From: Lytechinus pictus
Lineage: Eukaryota
DNA length: 64,000 bases
Direction: 5' to 3'
Assembly (NCBI RefSeq): GCF_037042905.1
Contig: NC_087246.1
Location: 1,428,001-1,492,000, forward strand
Numbering within the stretch: the stretch's first letter is position 1; every line of letters starts with the position of its first letter. A program made the translations under genes and the position numbers. This document shows positions 26,103 to 39,496 of this stretch, piece after piece. The notes under the pieces are model-generated. The model did not search any database, was not told where the DNA came from, and saw nothing but the letters and a program-made list of their open reading frames with translations.

Positions 26103-29100
26103 CTGAAAGACAGAGGAAAAATATCCAGCTCATATTTCTACAAATTTTGTAATTTTGTCTAACATAAAATATCCACTATTCCTCAATCTCATGTAATTTC
26201 CATTATTTTTTTATCATCAATTTCACAATTTCAGGAAATAACAAACTTGCAGTCAAGTTTACATACATAGCGTAGAAATCTATATTATCACCAAAATTGA
26301 CACAGGCATAAAATTAAATTCCTATTTAAGTGAAGGTGTACATGTATTCTTGTATTACTTGTTAAAATTATACTCAAGTTATAAAATGAGCATGTTTACT
26401 ATCCTCAGAATAAACAGTTAAAGTGCAGGTGAAAATATCTTATAAATATTCACAATCTCACTCATTTCAAATCAAAAGATTTGTTCAATCCTGTCTTTTT
26501 AATATATCAAGCAGCAGTCTGTCCAACTCATTGCCAAAATTCCAGCTTTTCAATTTCAATCAATCAGGCAGAAAAGGAAACCAATTCTGCATGTGCAGCG
26601 GATCAGTCAACTGTTAAAATGGTAAAGTCATTTGGAAAGAATACAACATCATCAAAAGAATAGGACAAGAGGGCAAAGCCAAATGATACTGAATGGGACA
26701 AAGTTAATACTGGAAGTCGTCGAGAAAAAGATAGGAGCTTTATAAAAAAACAGAAGATGCAGAGAGAACAAGGATCAGTTTTCACTAAAATAATACAGCA
26801 CATTCACAAAAGAAGATAAAGTACAAATTAAACTTATGCTTTATCTGAAAGTCATTAAAATTACAAGAGTGCACGATATTTCAAAAGCAGGTTTGATAGT
26901 CAATGTGCATTGGCATTCTCTGTGGCAGTGGGGCCATATCAGTTTTATTAGTTCATGATCTGTATGATATTACACAATAGGTCCATTAACCTTTACTTAA
27001 TATTATTTACATGTATCTAGTTCAAAATGATTGCTTGGTGTTAATACCCAATATACTGTAGAAATATACACCAAGTTTATAAAGAGCAACTGAATAATGG
27101 AGTGGCATACTTGATTTATCATGCATGGTATCCGGATACAAGTCTATTATGATAGTTACAATAGACTCATAAAAACAAGTTTATTGTCCGGCTTTTTAAA
27201 TCCAGATTCCAGACCATCCTCAACAATTATTTTCTATGGGAGTGCAAGAAATAAAAAAAAAACTTCAATTTTGCAGAACAAGCCAATGCCAGTTTACCTT
27301 ACATTTTATTGTGTACTTGCACAACAGTATCTATCACAATTAAGCTGAATAAAATTTTGAATTCACGTCATGTTTAACTGACTTCACTGTACTTTAATCA
27401 ACTAATCTCTAATGCAAATTTTTAATGGTGGACCTACATGTATTACTCCTACTTTTAGGAGTACAACCCACAATGCTTCTGGCCATTTTTTTATCATTGT
27501 ATCGATCTTACAGGTATGGCCTAAAGCAATTTGCTTTTCAACCTTCCAAGTTATATTATTCTAATGCACAATTACATCTAATACAAATAATTGTAAGAGG
27601 CAATGCAAATTGAACAAATTCTACACTGCCCTGTCAATAGTAGCATAGATGTCGGGTGAATTTACAACCATGCAAATGGATTTTTGTCTCTATTCTGGTG
27701 AGCGAGCCATTTCATTAGTATTGTATTGTTTGGACCTTGCTACACATTACAGCCATGCAATATGTAAAGGTACTTCAATTTTCAATTCAATTGACAATCA
27801 AAATTCAATTTGACTCACCTTCAGATCTCATTCAATTATGTACACAGCTCTTGAGAAAATTGCAATTTTGGGGGGGAACTGTTCATTTATGAAAATTGAC
27901 TGTATAAAACAGCAAATCATAGAGGATATGAGAATTAGCAATATTTGCCAATTAAATATGAATACTGAAATGAATTGAATTTATTGTCCAAAAATAAATG
28001 GAAATTTGGTGCTCGCCGGTTATCAACAATTTTACAAATACAATGTATAGAAATAAATAATAACATTTTGACAATCAATATACATCCAATAATAACAACA
28101 AAATGGCATTGTAACTAAATTAATAATTGAATGGTTATTTAACACAATATTATTGATAATACTAAAGTAGTAAATTTCATTTAGTTCTATTGATAAATCG
28201 GCTTTGAGTTTGGTAATCAAACACTGTCACCTGTATAATGTACATACATGTACATGTCTATATATTGTGCACCCCCCCCCCCCCAACATATATATGTAGG
28301 TTTTCCAACACCAATACAAATATCCATTTAATATTAGAATTAATAAATTCCCATAACACCATAACTGGTAGACATAGATGCCCAGAAAAAAAAAACCTCA
28401 CATCTATTACTTGTAATAACTGTAATTTGGGAAAGACTAGGGATAACTTTCTCACAATATCAAATTGCAATTGGGATATTTTTCAATAAAATGGCTGAAA
28501 TACTTCCTAAGAACTCTCAGTGATAGGTACAATTTATATGGTGAACTTGAAAATGAAAAAAAAATAATTGACAACTTTTGCAAAGTCATTTAAAACAATA
28601 ACAAATATCAAGGGGATTTTAGCACACAATATTTGTTTATTTTGCTTTCTATGCCATACTTGTGTACATAATATGAAATTTATCATTGTATTGATCAACA
28701 TTTCATTGAATGTACGCTACTACAAATGATTTTCTTTTTCATTGTTTTTCTATCAAAATGAACAAAATATTCACAAATTAAAAGTTATTGAATAAAATAC
28801 AATAAACATCAGTTGTTATCATTATTCATCACCGTCCACTAGTTGGCTGTGAATATTTTCTAGGTAAGCTGCAAGGGGGCCTCCAAATAGGATTTTCTTA
28901 ACTTGTTGAATATTAATAATTCACAAGCTTGCATTTAGTTTTAAATCAAACAAACAAAAAGCTGATTCAGAGCTCACAATAGTTAATAACAGTGATAGCA
29001 GTACTTACAAGGACTTAACCCTTCTGGCTCTGTCACTCATGGTACTCAACATAATTACACATAGCTGAGCTGAAAACAGATAGTCTACTGTATGGTCACT

Positions 29101-29242
29101 TTAATACATGTAAGTCAAATCAGGTCTCATCGCTGAGGAAGGCAAGATCAAGCCGAAATTTTTAAAGGAAATTCTCCCGAGATTTTTTCTGTGTTGACTT
29201 GAGATCAAAAGTTTGAATTTATATTGCTTTCATGATAAGAAC

Positions 29243-29485
29243 CAGTGGCGGTTCCATGGCCATGGGGGGCACATCCTGCCCATGCCCCACCCCCCCCCCC
29301 GCCCCTTGAGAGCTATAAATCAAAATTTGTACCCTGTAATGTAAATATGCCGTTTTAACCAAAATGTGTCCCCCCCCCCCTTTTGAAAGTGATTGAAAGT
29401 GAGAACCTTTTTTTTCCTTGTCTAATTTTCATCGGAAAATGTGCCCCTCCCCTTTTTTTTGTTGAAAATCCTGGATCCGCCCCTG
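29243..29485. mobile_element. hAT-like MITE, 8-bp TSD with one mismatch
   Basis: cagtggcggttcca ... tggatccgcccctg; flanks ataagaac / ataggaac. Confidence 0.8.
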
Positions 29486-29704
29486 ATAGGAACCCTACTT
29501 CTGTAGAGTGCATCATAATATTGATTTATACTTTTAGTATGAGGGGTTATCCTTGTCCACACTGTGCACATTTGAAAAAATATTCAACAGGGTAAAATTC
29601 AATCACTAAATATTCATATTTATACAAAACCAATCAAGCTACCAATTTGAATGAAGCAACGCCAACGATGGGCCTCAAAAGTCAAGTCAAACTTGAGTCA
29701 ACAG

Positions 29705-30164
29705 CCCGGGGGGGGCACTCGACCAAAAAAGTGGTAGGGGTGTGCCGCGGGCGAGACAAAAAACGGGGGCCTTGGAGCGGGCGAATTGTAAAAAGGAGGG
29801 TCCTCGGAACGGGCTTCGGAACTACAAATGTTTGTGAAAACGGGGGTCCTTGGAACGGGTCGCCTGCGTGCGAGCGCGTATGCATCCCTATGGAACGTGC
29901 ATGCAGCTAGCCCGGCGGCACGACTGACGGGCGCGCTAGCGCAGAGGCGATGGTCGGACAGCGAGCTGCGGCCGCTTTTCACCAAAATTGCGACCGGAAC
30001 GGCGTACCGGAAAATATGCGAAGCCCTGGAGTGGATTTTTTTTCTTCTTTTTTCTCGAGAAGAAGAAAATGCTATGCCTCGGAACGGAAATTTGAGTGTA
30101 AAAATGGGGGTCCCCTCCGCGGCACATACCCACTATGCATTATATACTGAGTGCCCCCCCCGGG
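29705..30164. mobile_element. GC-rich non-autonomous DNA transposon, CCCGGG termini, 8-bp TSD (superfamily unassigned)
   Basis: TIRs cccgggggggggcactc / gagtgccccccccggg. Perfect TSD gtcaacag at 29697-29704 and 30165-30172. Confidence 0.85.
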
Positions 30165-30487
30165 GTCAACAGGAAATGTTTTACTTTTAAAAAGTCTGAA
30201 AAGTGGAACTTGACTTTAAAAAGGTTGAAGATCACTGTATTATAACACAGTTTTTATTAAACCATTGATAATTTAACGTCAGAAAATGGTCTGTAACGTA
30301 ATGTGTAAGTTAGAGGCCAAATGCAATGAATGAATATAAACAGTGCGCTGCTGTAATTCTCGAACGACAGCATAGCACCGATCATACCACCGGGATGGAC
30401 TCCCGAGGGCGAAGTCATCAACCTCGCTCTGTCTTCGAAACGTGCATGAGTGGCAAAAGGAGGGCCAAATTCCAAAAAACCACTTAC

Positions 30488-30550
30488 CGAACGTTGTGAT
30501 TGTGAAGCAGATGATTGCCTACGTTGGTTCCGAGAATGTTTACCTCCCAT
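30488..30550 (-). CDS. RSKR: RSKR/SGK494-like kinase, coding exon 1 (MGGKHSRNQRRQSSASQSQRS)
   Basis: aacATGG start, 63 nt, strong donor TCG|gtaagt, phase 0 matching exon 2. MGxxxS N-myristoylation pattern. CpG-rich surroundings. Confidence 0.65.
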
Positions 30551-30765
30551 GTTGGGTAATGATTATATTTCACTGCTTTACATGATTCCAGAAAATGAAG
30601 TTTTACAACTGAAAAACATTGGCGGCTGCTCCAGAGATCCGGTCGGCTACGTGGTGGATAAACAATCAACATCCAGAAATAGCGCGCGGAATGGAATTGA
30701 ATGGCTCGAAAACGCGCAAGATACGACAGGTATAATATCGAAGCCGGATCCAGGGGGGGGGGGGG

Positions 30766-30925
30766 TAGTCTGCAGGCACTGATTGGAACTTTGATCAATA
30801 AGTGTGCCTCCACGCAAAGACTAGCACATACAAAACTTGCTGTTAGAGAGCCTTCAGTACACAAGGCATGAGTAGGCTGCACATTCAGACCTTTAACTCG
30901 AGTGAAGGGTTTGCCCAGCAGACTA
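30766..30925. mobile_element. Short element with TAGTCTGC TIRs (Academ-like TAG termini) inserted in a poly-G tract
   Basis: tagtctgc ... gcagacta; near-identical inverted copy at 31744-31881. Confidence 0.7.
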
Positions 30926-31164
30926 GGGGGGGGGGGGGGGAGACGAACGGCCGGGGGCCGAAGCGGTCACCACTCCCGATTTATAAGGCGGATCCAGGGG
31001 GACGGGCTCCCCTACCCCCCCCCCCCCCCCTTATTAGCGGAGCAAAAGGAAAAAAAAGGAAGAGAAGGGGGGGGGGAAGAAATTTAAAGAAAGGAGAAAA
31101 ATAAAATATCTACCGGGTACCGGTATATCATTTTATTTTTCTTTCTCATTCTGAGTCATAATTA

Positions 31165-31590
31165 AGGTGACCGCACACCTTACGATTGGTGTGCGACTCA
31201 ATTTTTGAATAAAACGTAGTAGAATTTAATGCTAATATCGAGACTTGGAATCGGCTTGGAATATCTTACTGTGTAATGTTCGAAATCATCGTACGAATAC
31301 CTATGTTCAAATCTGTGACTATGCTATCATCCTTCTTAGAATAATATCAAATTTAATGTCTAGTCGTAATGACGTCATAGCAGTCGTAAGGTTGGCTACG
31401 ATTTGGAACTGATTTAGCCTTTACTCGAAAATAAAGGCTTGCAATCTTTCAAAATGGTTATATTAGTATTCTTTCAATTAATTTTAACCTCAAATTAAAT
31501 GATATGTTCAATTCACATTCTCAGAAAATGAGCAAAATGAGATTTGTTCCAAAATCGGATCGCGAACAGTCGTAAGGTGTGCGGTGGCCT
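31165..31590. mobile_element. PIF/Harbinger-like MITE, TTA TSD
   Basis: tta|aggtgaccgcacaccttacga ... tcgtaaggtgtgcggtggcct|tta. Second copy inverted at 53297-53704. Confidence 0.8.
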
Positions 31591-31599
31591 TTACTTTGA

Positions 31600-31743
31600 A
31601 AGACGTGGGTTCAAATCCCAGCCATGGGGTAGTTTCCTTCAGCAAGGAATTCATCCAGAGTGTGCTGCACTCGACCCAGGTGAGGTAAATGGGTACCGGC
31701 AGGAAGTAATTCCTAAAAAAAAGTTGTGTGCACCTGAATCGGT
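31600..31743 (+). mobile_element. Truncated copy of SINE family A
   Basis: B-box ggttcaaatcc and core ctcgacccaggtgaggtaaatgggtaccggcaggaagtaattcct match 20871-21147. Cut at both ends by neighbouring elements. Confidence 0.8.
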
Positions 31744-31881
31744 TAGTCTGCTGGGCAAACCCTTCACTCGAGTTAAGGGTCTGAATGTGCAGCCTACTCA
31801 TGCCTTGTGTACAGTGCTAGTCTTTGCGTGGAGGCACACTTGTTGATCAAAGTTCCAATCAGGGTCTGTGCCTGCAGACTA
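31744..31881. mobile_element. Second copy of the TAGTCTGC-TIR element, inverted relative to 30766-30925
   Basis: Reverse complement of 30766-30925, with an internal deletion of about 30 bp. Confidence 0.7.
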
Positions 31882-32269
31882 GGGGAGTGCATGGGGTGGG
31901 GCGCAATGCACTCTTTGAGGTGTTTTGGGCAAGGAAACAAGTTTGAAAAGGTGAAAGATATCTTCAAATCAACTTTACTAGCTAAATTCCATGTGTTCTT
32001 CGTGATTAAGCCGGTATTCTTTTATTCGCATAACTATTTCAAAGTTCTGCGCAAATCATTTTTCACTTACTTTTCAAAAATAAATGGTGCTCACTCACGC
32101 GGAAATATTTTTCGACAGTTATATTGTCATTTGCTTAAATGGATCTGTACCAATGTTAAAATGTGGAAAAATCTTCAGGATATTAAAAATTTATAATTTT
32201 ACAGGATTTTTTCTAAGTGAAAACTTTTTTTTATACGCACTGTATACCCGCCACCACCATCACCACCAC

Positions 32270-32680
32270 TGTCCTCATCATCATCAGACGCGGATCTTGC
32301 CTGATCACGATAGTTTTGAGAGGCCAATTTAACTTTGTGCTAAAACAATATGGCCCCTAAAATGGTATTGTCTCAAATCCGACTGAATCCACGCCTCATC
32401 ATCATCGTCGTCGTCGTCGTCGTCTTCATGTCATTATCACCATCGTTTTTCATCATGATTATATAATAGTATTACAACTGACCCCCCCCCCCCCCCACTA
32501 TCACTGATATGCTGATGCTGATGCTGCTGCTGCTGCTGATGATGATGATGATAATGATGATGACGTCGTTAATGATGTTGATTACAATAATGATGATGAT
32601 GTTTATACTTTTGATGTTACAATGATGATGATTACAACGATTGATGATGAGGATGATAATGATATCACTGTCATTATTCA
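32270..32680. repeat. (CAC/CAT/CGT)n followed by (GAT/GCT)n microsatellite
   Basis: Triplet runs read directly, separated by a poly-C tract. Confidence 0.85.
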
Positions 32681-33452
32681 ATGCGGTTAATTGAGGTACT
32701 TCATGTTGTTTCCTTCAGACTTTATTTTTTCTACTACACCGCCCTCTTCGGGACGATGAATCACTAAAATAGTACACAATAAACTAAAACCCTGTTTATT
32801 ATTTTTAATATATACAACATATTCTTATAGTGTTCTCTTGCACTCTACATAACATTGAGATCTATAAGGCTCTCGACATCCAGTCAGACCCCTCATGTTC
32901 AAAATCTTAATGATTTGTGTTGATATAGATACAGAAATAAATCTTCAAGATATAAATCTAAATTTGATTTGTTTTATGGTGTTAATCCAGGATCTTTTTT
33001 TTTTGTGGAAGAAAACTTGGTGAAAAAGTAATGTCAATATTATCATCATCATCATACATACCTTAAACCAACAAATTATTATTGCCAATCTGTTAACTCA
33101 GTGAAAATGGTCTGCGATTTTATTATGCTAAGCGGAGTCTTCATTATCTCGCAATATTAATTGGCATGACAGACGGAGTCGGTCAGGGGCAGATCAAAAA
33201 TTTTCCAAGGGGAGGGGGCACCAACAAGTTGGAGAACTATTCATGCTTGAGTGAGCACTACCCATTCAAACAAAGGGTATGAAAATTAGGCCGGGCAGAA
33301 ATTAGACTTCAATTTCTTTCAGATTTTGAGAGGCGAGTCCTTTCGAACTTGCAAATTTGAGGGTGTTTTGATAAATTAATGATCAATCATGATCAATTTA
33401 GGTTGTTTGAACAAATTCATGAATTATTGAATTTAAATTTAATGCATGATTT

Positions 33453-36400
33453 CAGGGGCGCATCCAGCCTTCGACAACAGGGGGGAGGGTGGAATTTTTT
33501 CAGCCACATTTTCCCCGATCGGCCGCTCGAAGTTGATTTGGGTTCGTTTCTTTGAAAGGGGTAGTCCTAAGAACATTATGTCATGATCTTCCCATTTCTA
33601 TTCCTAAGCGCGAGATGAACCTGTCGATGTTACATTCTAAAAAAGGGACAATCTGATTTAAATTAATATCTTATCTATTAATCTAATAAGCCTATATAAT
33701 GAGAGCGTGAAATCTGTTAATATTATGGCCTGAAAAATGGACATTTAAAGCTCTTTTGTAATTATGAATAAGTTGCAAGGGCTAATATATTTTCAACAAT
33801 TAATGCGAGAGCAAATCGCGAGCCGGATTTTTTTTAATAAACTGTAATGAAATGGGGATTTTAAGTAATCAATTCAATTCAATTTTATTTTCCACATATT
33901 GAGTAAAAAACATGCAATATCATTACAATCGAATACATACATAGATAATAACAATACAAGTATAAATAGTTACAATATATTACATAAAAAAGACATAGAA
34001 GATCAAAATGTGGAGGGGATTTACAAAGGCTATATTGATCTATCAAGGTCAATCCCCAGTGAAAGAAAAAAAATGGAATACATAAATTACAAATAAATAA
34101 AAAGATACTTGACCTCAAAAACCCCAGACAAAGCAAAAGAAAGTAAAAGACGAATAAAGGGGAGGGAGAGGCAAATATAAAACTACCTTAAGGAGTAAGA
34201 AGGGAAAATTTATATTTTCGTTTGAAAGACAGGAGTGTGGGGGAATGTTTGAGTTCATTTGATAAAGAATTCCAAAGTTTGGGTCCGACATATTGAATAG
34301 TGTTTCGTGAAAATGTGTATTTGAAATTTGGAATAAAGAGATCATTAGCTTGTCTGGTTAGACGACCAGTAAGTGATTTATTTTGTACAAAGCATTTATT
34401 TAAAAAGTTTGGCAAGAGATTGTTGTAATAAGAATACATAAATATAGCAGTTTGTTGATTATTAATTTGATATATAGTGAGTATTTTATATTTGGCAAAA
34501 ATGGTGCTGTATGTGTACGACGGTTAGAGTTTGTGATAATTCTTATTGCACGTTTTTGAAGTATTCTTAATCTACTCAGATGGCAATCAGAACAAGTTTT
34601 CCCCAAACAATATTACAATAGTTAAAATGAGGTAAAATCATTGTATAATACAGATTAAGAAGGATATTCCAAGGTAATATAAGTTTAAGTCTGTTCATGA
34701 CACCTAATGTTTTTGCTACTTTACAAGACACGCTGTTAATATGTTCTTTCCAAGTTAATTTATCATATATAATTATAGTAACCCCAAAAAAATTTAGTAA
34801 AATGAACAAATGGAATATTACAACCATTGATACATACATCTATTTCATTACAATTTATATTTTTATTTTTAGGTTGGAATAACATACAAAAAGTTTTATT
34901 AAGATTTAATTTAAGTCTATTTGCTAAAAACCATGAATTGACCTTAAATAATTCAGTAGAGAGTGTGTTATTTAGCGTCTGTACGTTGTCCCCTGTTGAA
35001 AATAAATTAGTGTCATCTGCAAAAACAATTGGTTTGAGTATATCACTTACATATTGAATATCATTAACGTATAAAAGAAAAAGTAACGGGCCCAAAACTG
35101 ATCCCTGGGGTACGCCTAAAGAAATTGATTTTATTTCAGAGGATACATTATCAATTGATACATACTGGAGTCTATTACTTAAATAACTTACAAACCAATC
35201 CAAGCAAGAACCTCTAATTCCATAGAATTTCAGTTTTTCTATCAAAATATTGTGATTGATACAATCAAACGCCTTTGATAAATCTAAAAATATTCCGATC
35301 AAAAATTGCTTATTTTCAAATGTTTCAGAAATTGTATTCATAAAATCAAGTAATGCCATATACGAAGAATATTTTTTCTTAAAACCATATTGTCTATTAT
35401 ACAAAATATTATTACTACATAGAAATGACATGAGGCGAGTATAAACAAGTTTTTCAAAAATCTTAGAAAATGTAGAGAGTACTGATATTGGACGGTAGTT
35501 ATTTAATACACATTTATCCCCTTTCTTGTAGACAGGAATAACTTTCGCTAACTTAAGCTTACTTGGAAAATCCCGTTTTGTAAAGAACAATTAAAAATAT
35601 TGCACAAAGGTTTTAAAAATAATAAAATAGTCTTTTTAATAATGTCAACGTCTGTATCATCGATCATATCCAGGACTTTTACTAGATTTTAGATGTCTTT
35701 TGATTTCTAGTATTTCATGACATTCGATTGGATTCATGAACATAGAATTATATGATATTTTTAGGAAGGAACTCTGAAAAATGATTCTGTACAACTGGTA
35801 ATGTTCTTTCAATGTCATTCCCAACATCAGCGAAAAAGTTATTAAATGCATTTACAATAGTATTTTTGTCAAAAATTTGTATATCGTTAATCTTAATGCA
35901 TAGACAATGTAACTTGTTCTTCACTCGATTCAAAATATGATTAATTATTTTCCAAGTACTTTTGTATTGTTGCAAGATTTCTCAAACAAATCAAAATAAT
36001 ATTCTCTCTTGGGTCTACGTATTTCACAAGTTACTAGATTTCTATAAGTACAGTAAGCCTTTTTTCGATATGTTGTTGGGTTTTTAAGATACTTCCTATA
36101 TACAAAATATGTTTTTTATTAATCATTTTCTTTAATCCTGAATCAAACCAGGGTTTATTTTTATTAGATATATTTTGTTTTACTGTTTGGAGAGGAAAAC
36201 ATTCATTGTAAATACCAGTAAGACTCAACATAAATGCATCAAACTTAATATCAACATCTGGCGATTCAAGAACCATATTCCAGTCAACAGTTTGCAATTT
36301 AGTACAAAATCTAGAAGTATTAACATCATTTATAACACGCTTATATCTTACATTATTGCATAGTGATTTATGGGGAAAACTATAAAATTTAGAAAAGGTA

Positions 36401-38306
36401 AAAATAGGCAGGTGATCACTCACATCACTTAAAATTATACCAGTACCAAGGTTGTATTCAGGCCTGTTTGTAAATACATTATCAATAAGAGTCACAAAAT
36501 TATCAGTAATCCGTGTTGATTTGAGAATCAACGGAGTAAAGGAAAATGTAAGAAGAAAATCAATAAATTTATCAATATCATTATTCATTGTGGGATTCAA
36601 TAAATCAACATTAAAATCACCAATCAATTGACATTCCTTTTGCCCTGATGATATTTTATCGAGCGATGGCTCAACAAAGTTAAAAAAATCAGTGACAGGT
36701 TGAGAAGGAGGTCTGTACACTGTGGCAAGAATTAAGCTTTTTTCTTTGTGAAACACTTCAATAAAAATCGACTCAATAGAATCATTAAAAACATCAAGAT
36801 CAGAGCGCCGATGAAACCTCACACCATTTCTAATAAAAAAAGCCAACACCTCCACCTCGCTTATTTTTACGCCCAGTATATACCAACAAAATTGTAACCA
36901 CTGAATATAAATGTCTCGTCATTGATTAGCCAAGTCTCAGACAGACCTATGATATGGAATGAAAAATTCAAAGTAGACAAAAGAGATTCAATATTTTCAA
37001 AAATTTTCTTAATACTTCGACAATTGAAATGCACAACTGACAGTGTACTATGATCATTAAGATTATATTGGCAAGAACTAAAGTGATCATTTAATTGGGT
37101 TGGCAGATAATAGCAGGTATCATTAATAAAATCATTCTCTACAGTCCCCACAGAAGCATGCTCCTGTAAACTCTCCTTACAAAAAGGACCGTCATGATTA
37201 TTCAAATTTGGGAGTTCCTCAAACAAAAAGAACAAGACGTGGAAATAGACATTTAAATAACATATAATCAGGTTTAATAAAAGCACATAAATAATAAGAC
37301 TACTCATAAATTGATAAAATTTATTGTTTCAGAAAGAGAGATAGAAAGAAAGGAGTAATAGCTTCGGAGTGAATGTAATCATAGTATTAAGCATATTAAT
37401 TATTCAACTGCTGGCAAGATTTCTGCAATGCAGGTAGGTAGGTATAGGTCCCGGGTATAGGTACAGCTATAGCTTACTCACAATTACAGAGACAGGTAAG
37501 TACTGTAGGTACATGTACATAATTTTATGATCAGATCAGCTTTTCTTCATCTTCTCCAAATCATACACACTTGAGATCAGCTTTGTGGCTGTTTTACCTC
37601 CTGTTGCTGGGATTAAGGCAATGACTCGTCCATCAGATGACCATGCTGACTAAATGACAGGATGAGCGCGAGCTTGCTTGAGGAGTATATTATAGTTTGT
37701 TATATAATTAATATTGAGATACACATAACTCACCAATCAAAATGCGAGCGTGCAGCACTATAGCTGATACGTTTTGACAATCTGACCTGAAGAGGGATAT
37801 TTTGAGAACTTTATGGAATACAGGAAAATAATAGGTACATGACAAATCAAATTTTGCGAGCGCACAGCGCGAGCAAAAAATGTTAATATTCAGACCATGC
37901 AAGAAGCAAACCTTTTTACAGAGCACTTTTTAAAAATCAATTTGTAAATCAAACAAAATAATGAAAGTTCGATTTCCGAGCTGAAATGTGTTTTGTAGGC
38001 CCTATATTGACTTCAAAATTTGATATTTTAAGCTCCATATTGAGCAAGATATGTAAATCCCCTAAAAGGCAATGCGAGCGTGAAGCGCGAACGAAAATTT
38101 AATATTGTGGTAAGAAAGAATTAAAAAAATCTTTTTTAAGTCTTCCTCTCATCTTATCTTATTCACTCGTCTTCATCCTCTTATGTTTCCCTTTTTTCTC
38201 CTCTCTTTTCCCTTCTTTTTTTTTCTTTCTTTCCCCTTTTTTCTTTTTTTGTTCCGCCATTAGGGGGGAGGGGGCGGGCCCCTCGGCCCCCCTGGATCCG
38301 CCTATG
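33453..38306. mobile_element. hAT-like non-autonomous element interrupted by a LINE
   Basis: Termini caggggcgcatccag / ctggatccgcctatg. Flanks tgattt / tgagtt (6-bp TSD with one mismatch, judged against the empty paralogous site at ~39380-39395). gcgagcgc..agcgcgag modules on both sides of the LINE. Confidence 0.65.
33868..37660 (-). mobile_element. 5'-truncated, frameshifted non-LTR retrotransposon of the CR1/L2 group (APE endonuclease + reverse transcriptase pseudogene, ORF1 C-terminal remnant)
   Basis: ORF pieces: 36867-37307 (HFNCRSI, IIGLSETWL); 36034-36855 (VYRPP, GDFNVDLL, TLIDNVF, SDHLPI, KPWF); 34763-35590 (NYRPIS, FLDLSKAFD, GVPQGSVLGPLLF, FADD); 34188-34839 (LQKRAIR, GPKLWNSL). 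3' end aataaa + (attga)n tail. WSSDGRV-like ORF1 tail at ~37545-37655. Confidence 0.93.
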
Positions 38307-39139
38307 TGAGTTAACATAAATTGTAATTTTTAGTGCAGCATTTTAACTTTATCATGTGGATCTCAGCAGTGTGTTCATAGGGGTCAGGAGAATAGGACTG
38401 AGATAGGACTTGTGCGGCTGAAGTAGGTTGATGAGATAAGGGTTAACATAACATTTAGCCTCCCTCCTATATACAGCCCCCCCCCCCCCTCCTGTTGAGA
38501 TCGAGACTGATTGCTATATACATGTACGCATAAAGTCCAGAGCGGACTGTCTAATTAGGTCATCAACGTTTACCTATCAATCATTCAATCAACAATTTAT
38601 CAGTAAATCAACTCAATCAATGTGATCAAACATTCAGCCTTTATTTTCAATAAATCATCAATCAAACATTCATCTTTTTAAATGTATTATTTCATACATA
38701 AATCATAATTACCAGTCAATTTGTTAGTAATCATCCGACGAAAAAAATAACCCTGACCCATCAACTATCGGTCACTATATAGGCAGTTAAGTTTTGAATA
38801 CCATCCACAGATCCAGGAGAAAGAGAGAGGGGGTGGAGGGGAGATGAATTTTAATTTGTAAACAGAAGAAGAAGAATGCCCTTCAACCAAGTCTTACCCT
38901 ATCTCGCCCCCTTGCATGCGACAGGTACCATCACATTACTCTGACTCTCACAAACACACTGAGTAAGAAGATCATGATAAACCTAAAATTACAATTCCTG
39001 TTTACACTTATGCATTAAAAATTTCAAGTTAGTAACTCAAGCTAAAGATAAGCATAACACCTTTAACTTTGAAAGTTCCAAAGGACTCACTTATAAACAA
39101 ACTGGAAGTCTAATTCCTGCCCACCCTAGCAAAGTAAGA

Positions 39140-39310
39140 TCATCTCGTCCAAAATACATGTTTTATTTGGATTTTTTGGATTTTGAATGATGCATTTCTT
39201 TCCATCATAAAAGACCAAAAATAGTAGGGGGACATTTGATACGTGTCTCCCCCTACCATTTTGGGTGGGGGGGGGGGGGGACGCGTCCACCCCTGTGATT
39301 TCCGCCCATG
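39140..39310 (-). mobile_element. Partial inverted copy of the 151-383 MITE
   Basis: Ends in atttccgcccatg; interior aaaagaccaaaaatagtagggggacatttgata matches the reverse complement of ~215-252. Confidence 0.75.
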
Positions 39311-39496
39311 CTGACTCCCATGAACACACTGCTGATATGAGATCCACATGATTAAAATGCTGCACTAAAAATTGCAATTCGCGTTCACTCATGCATTAAA
39401 TTCAAGTTTAATAATTCATGAACAACCTAAATTGATCATGATTGATCATAAATTTATCACAACACCCTCAACTTCGCAAGTTCCAAAGGACTCGCC

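Noticed and set aside
29647..30190. Cluster of overlapping GC-rich ORFs
   Set aside because: They lie largely within the TSD-flanked 29705-30164 element; high GC suppresses stops.
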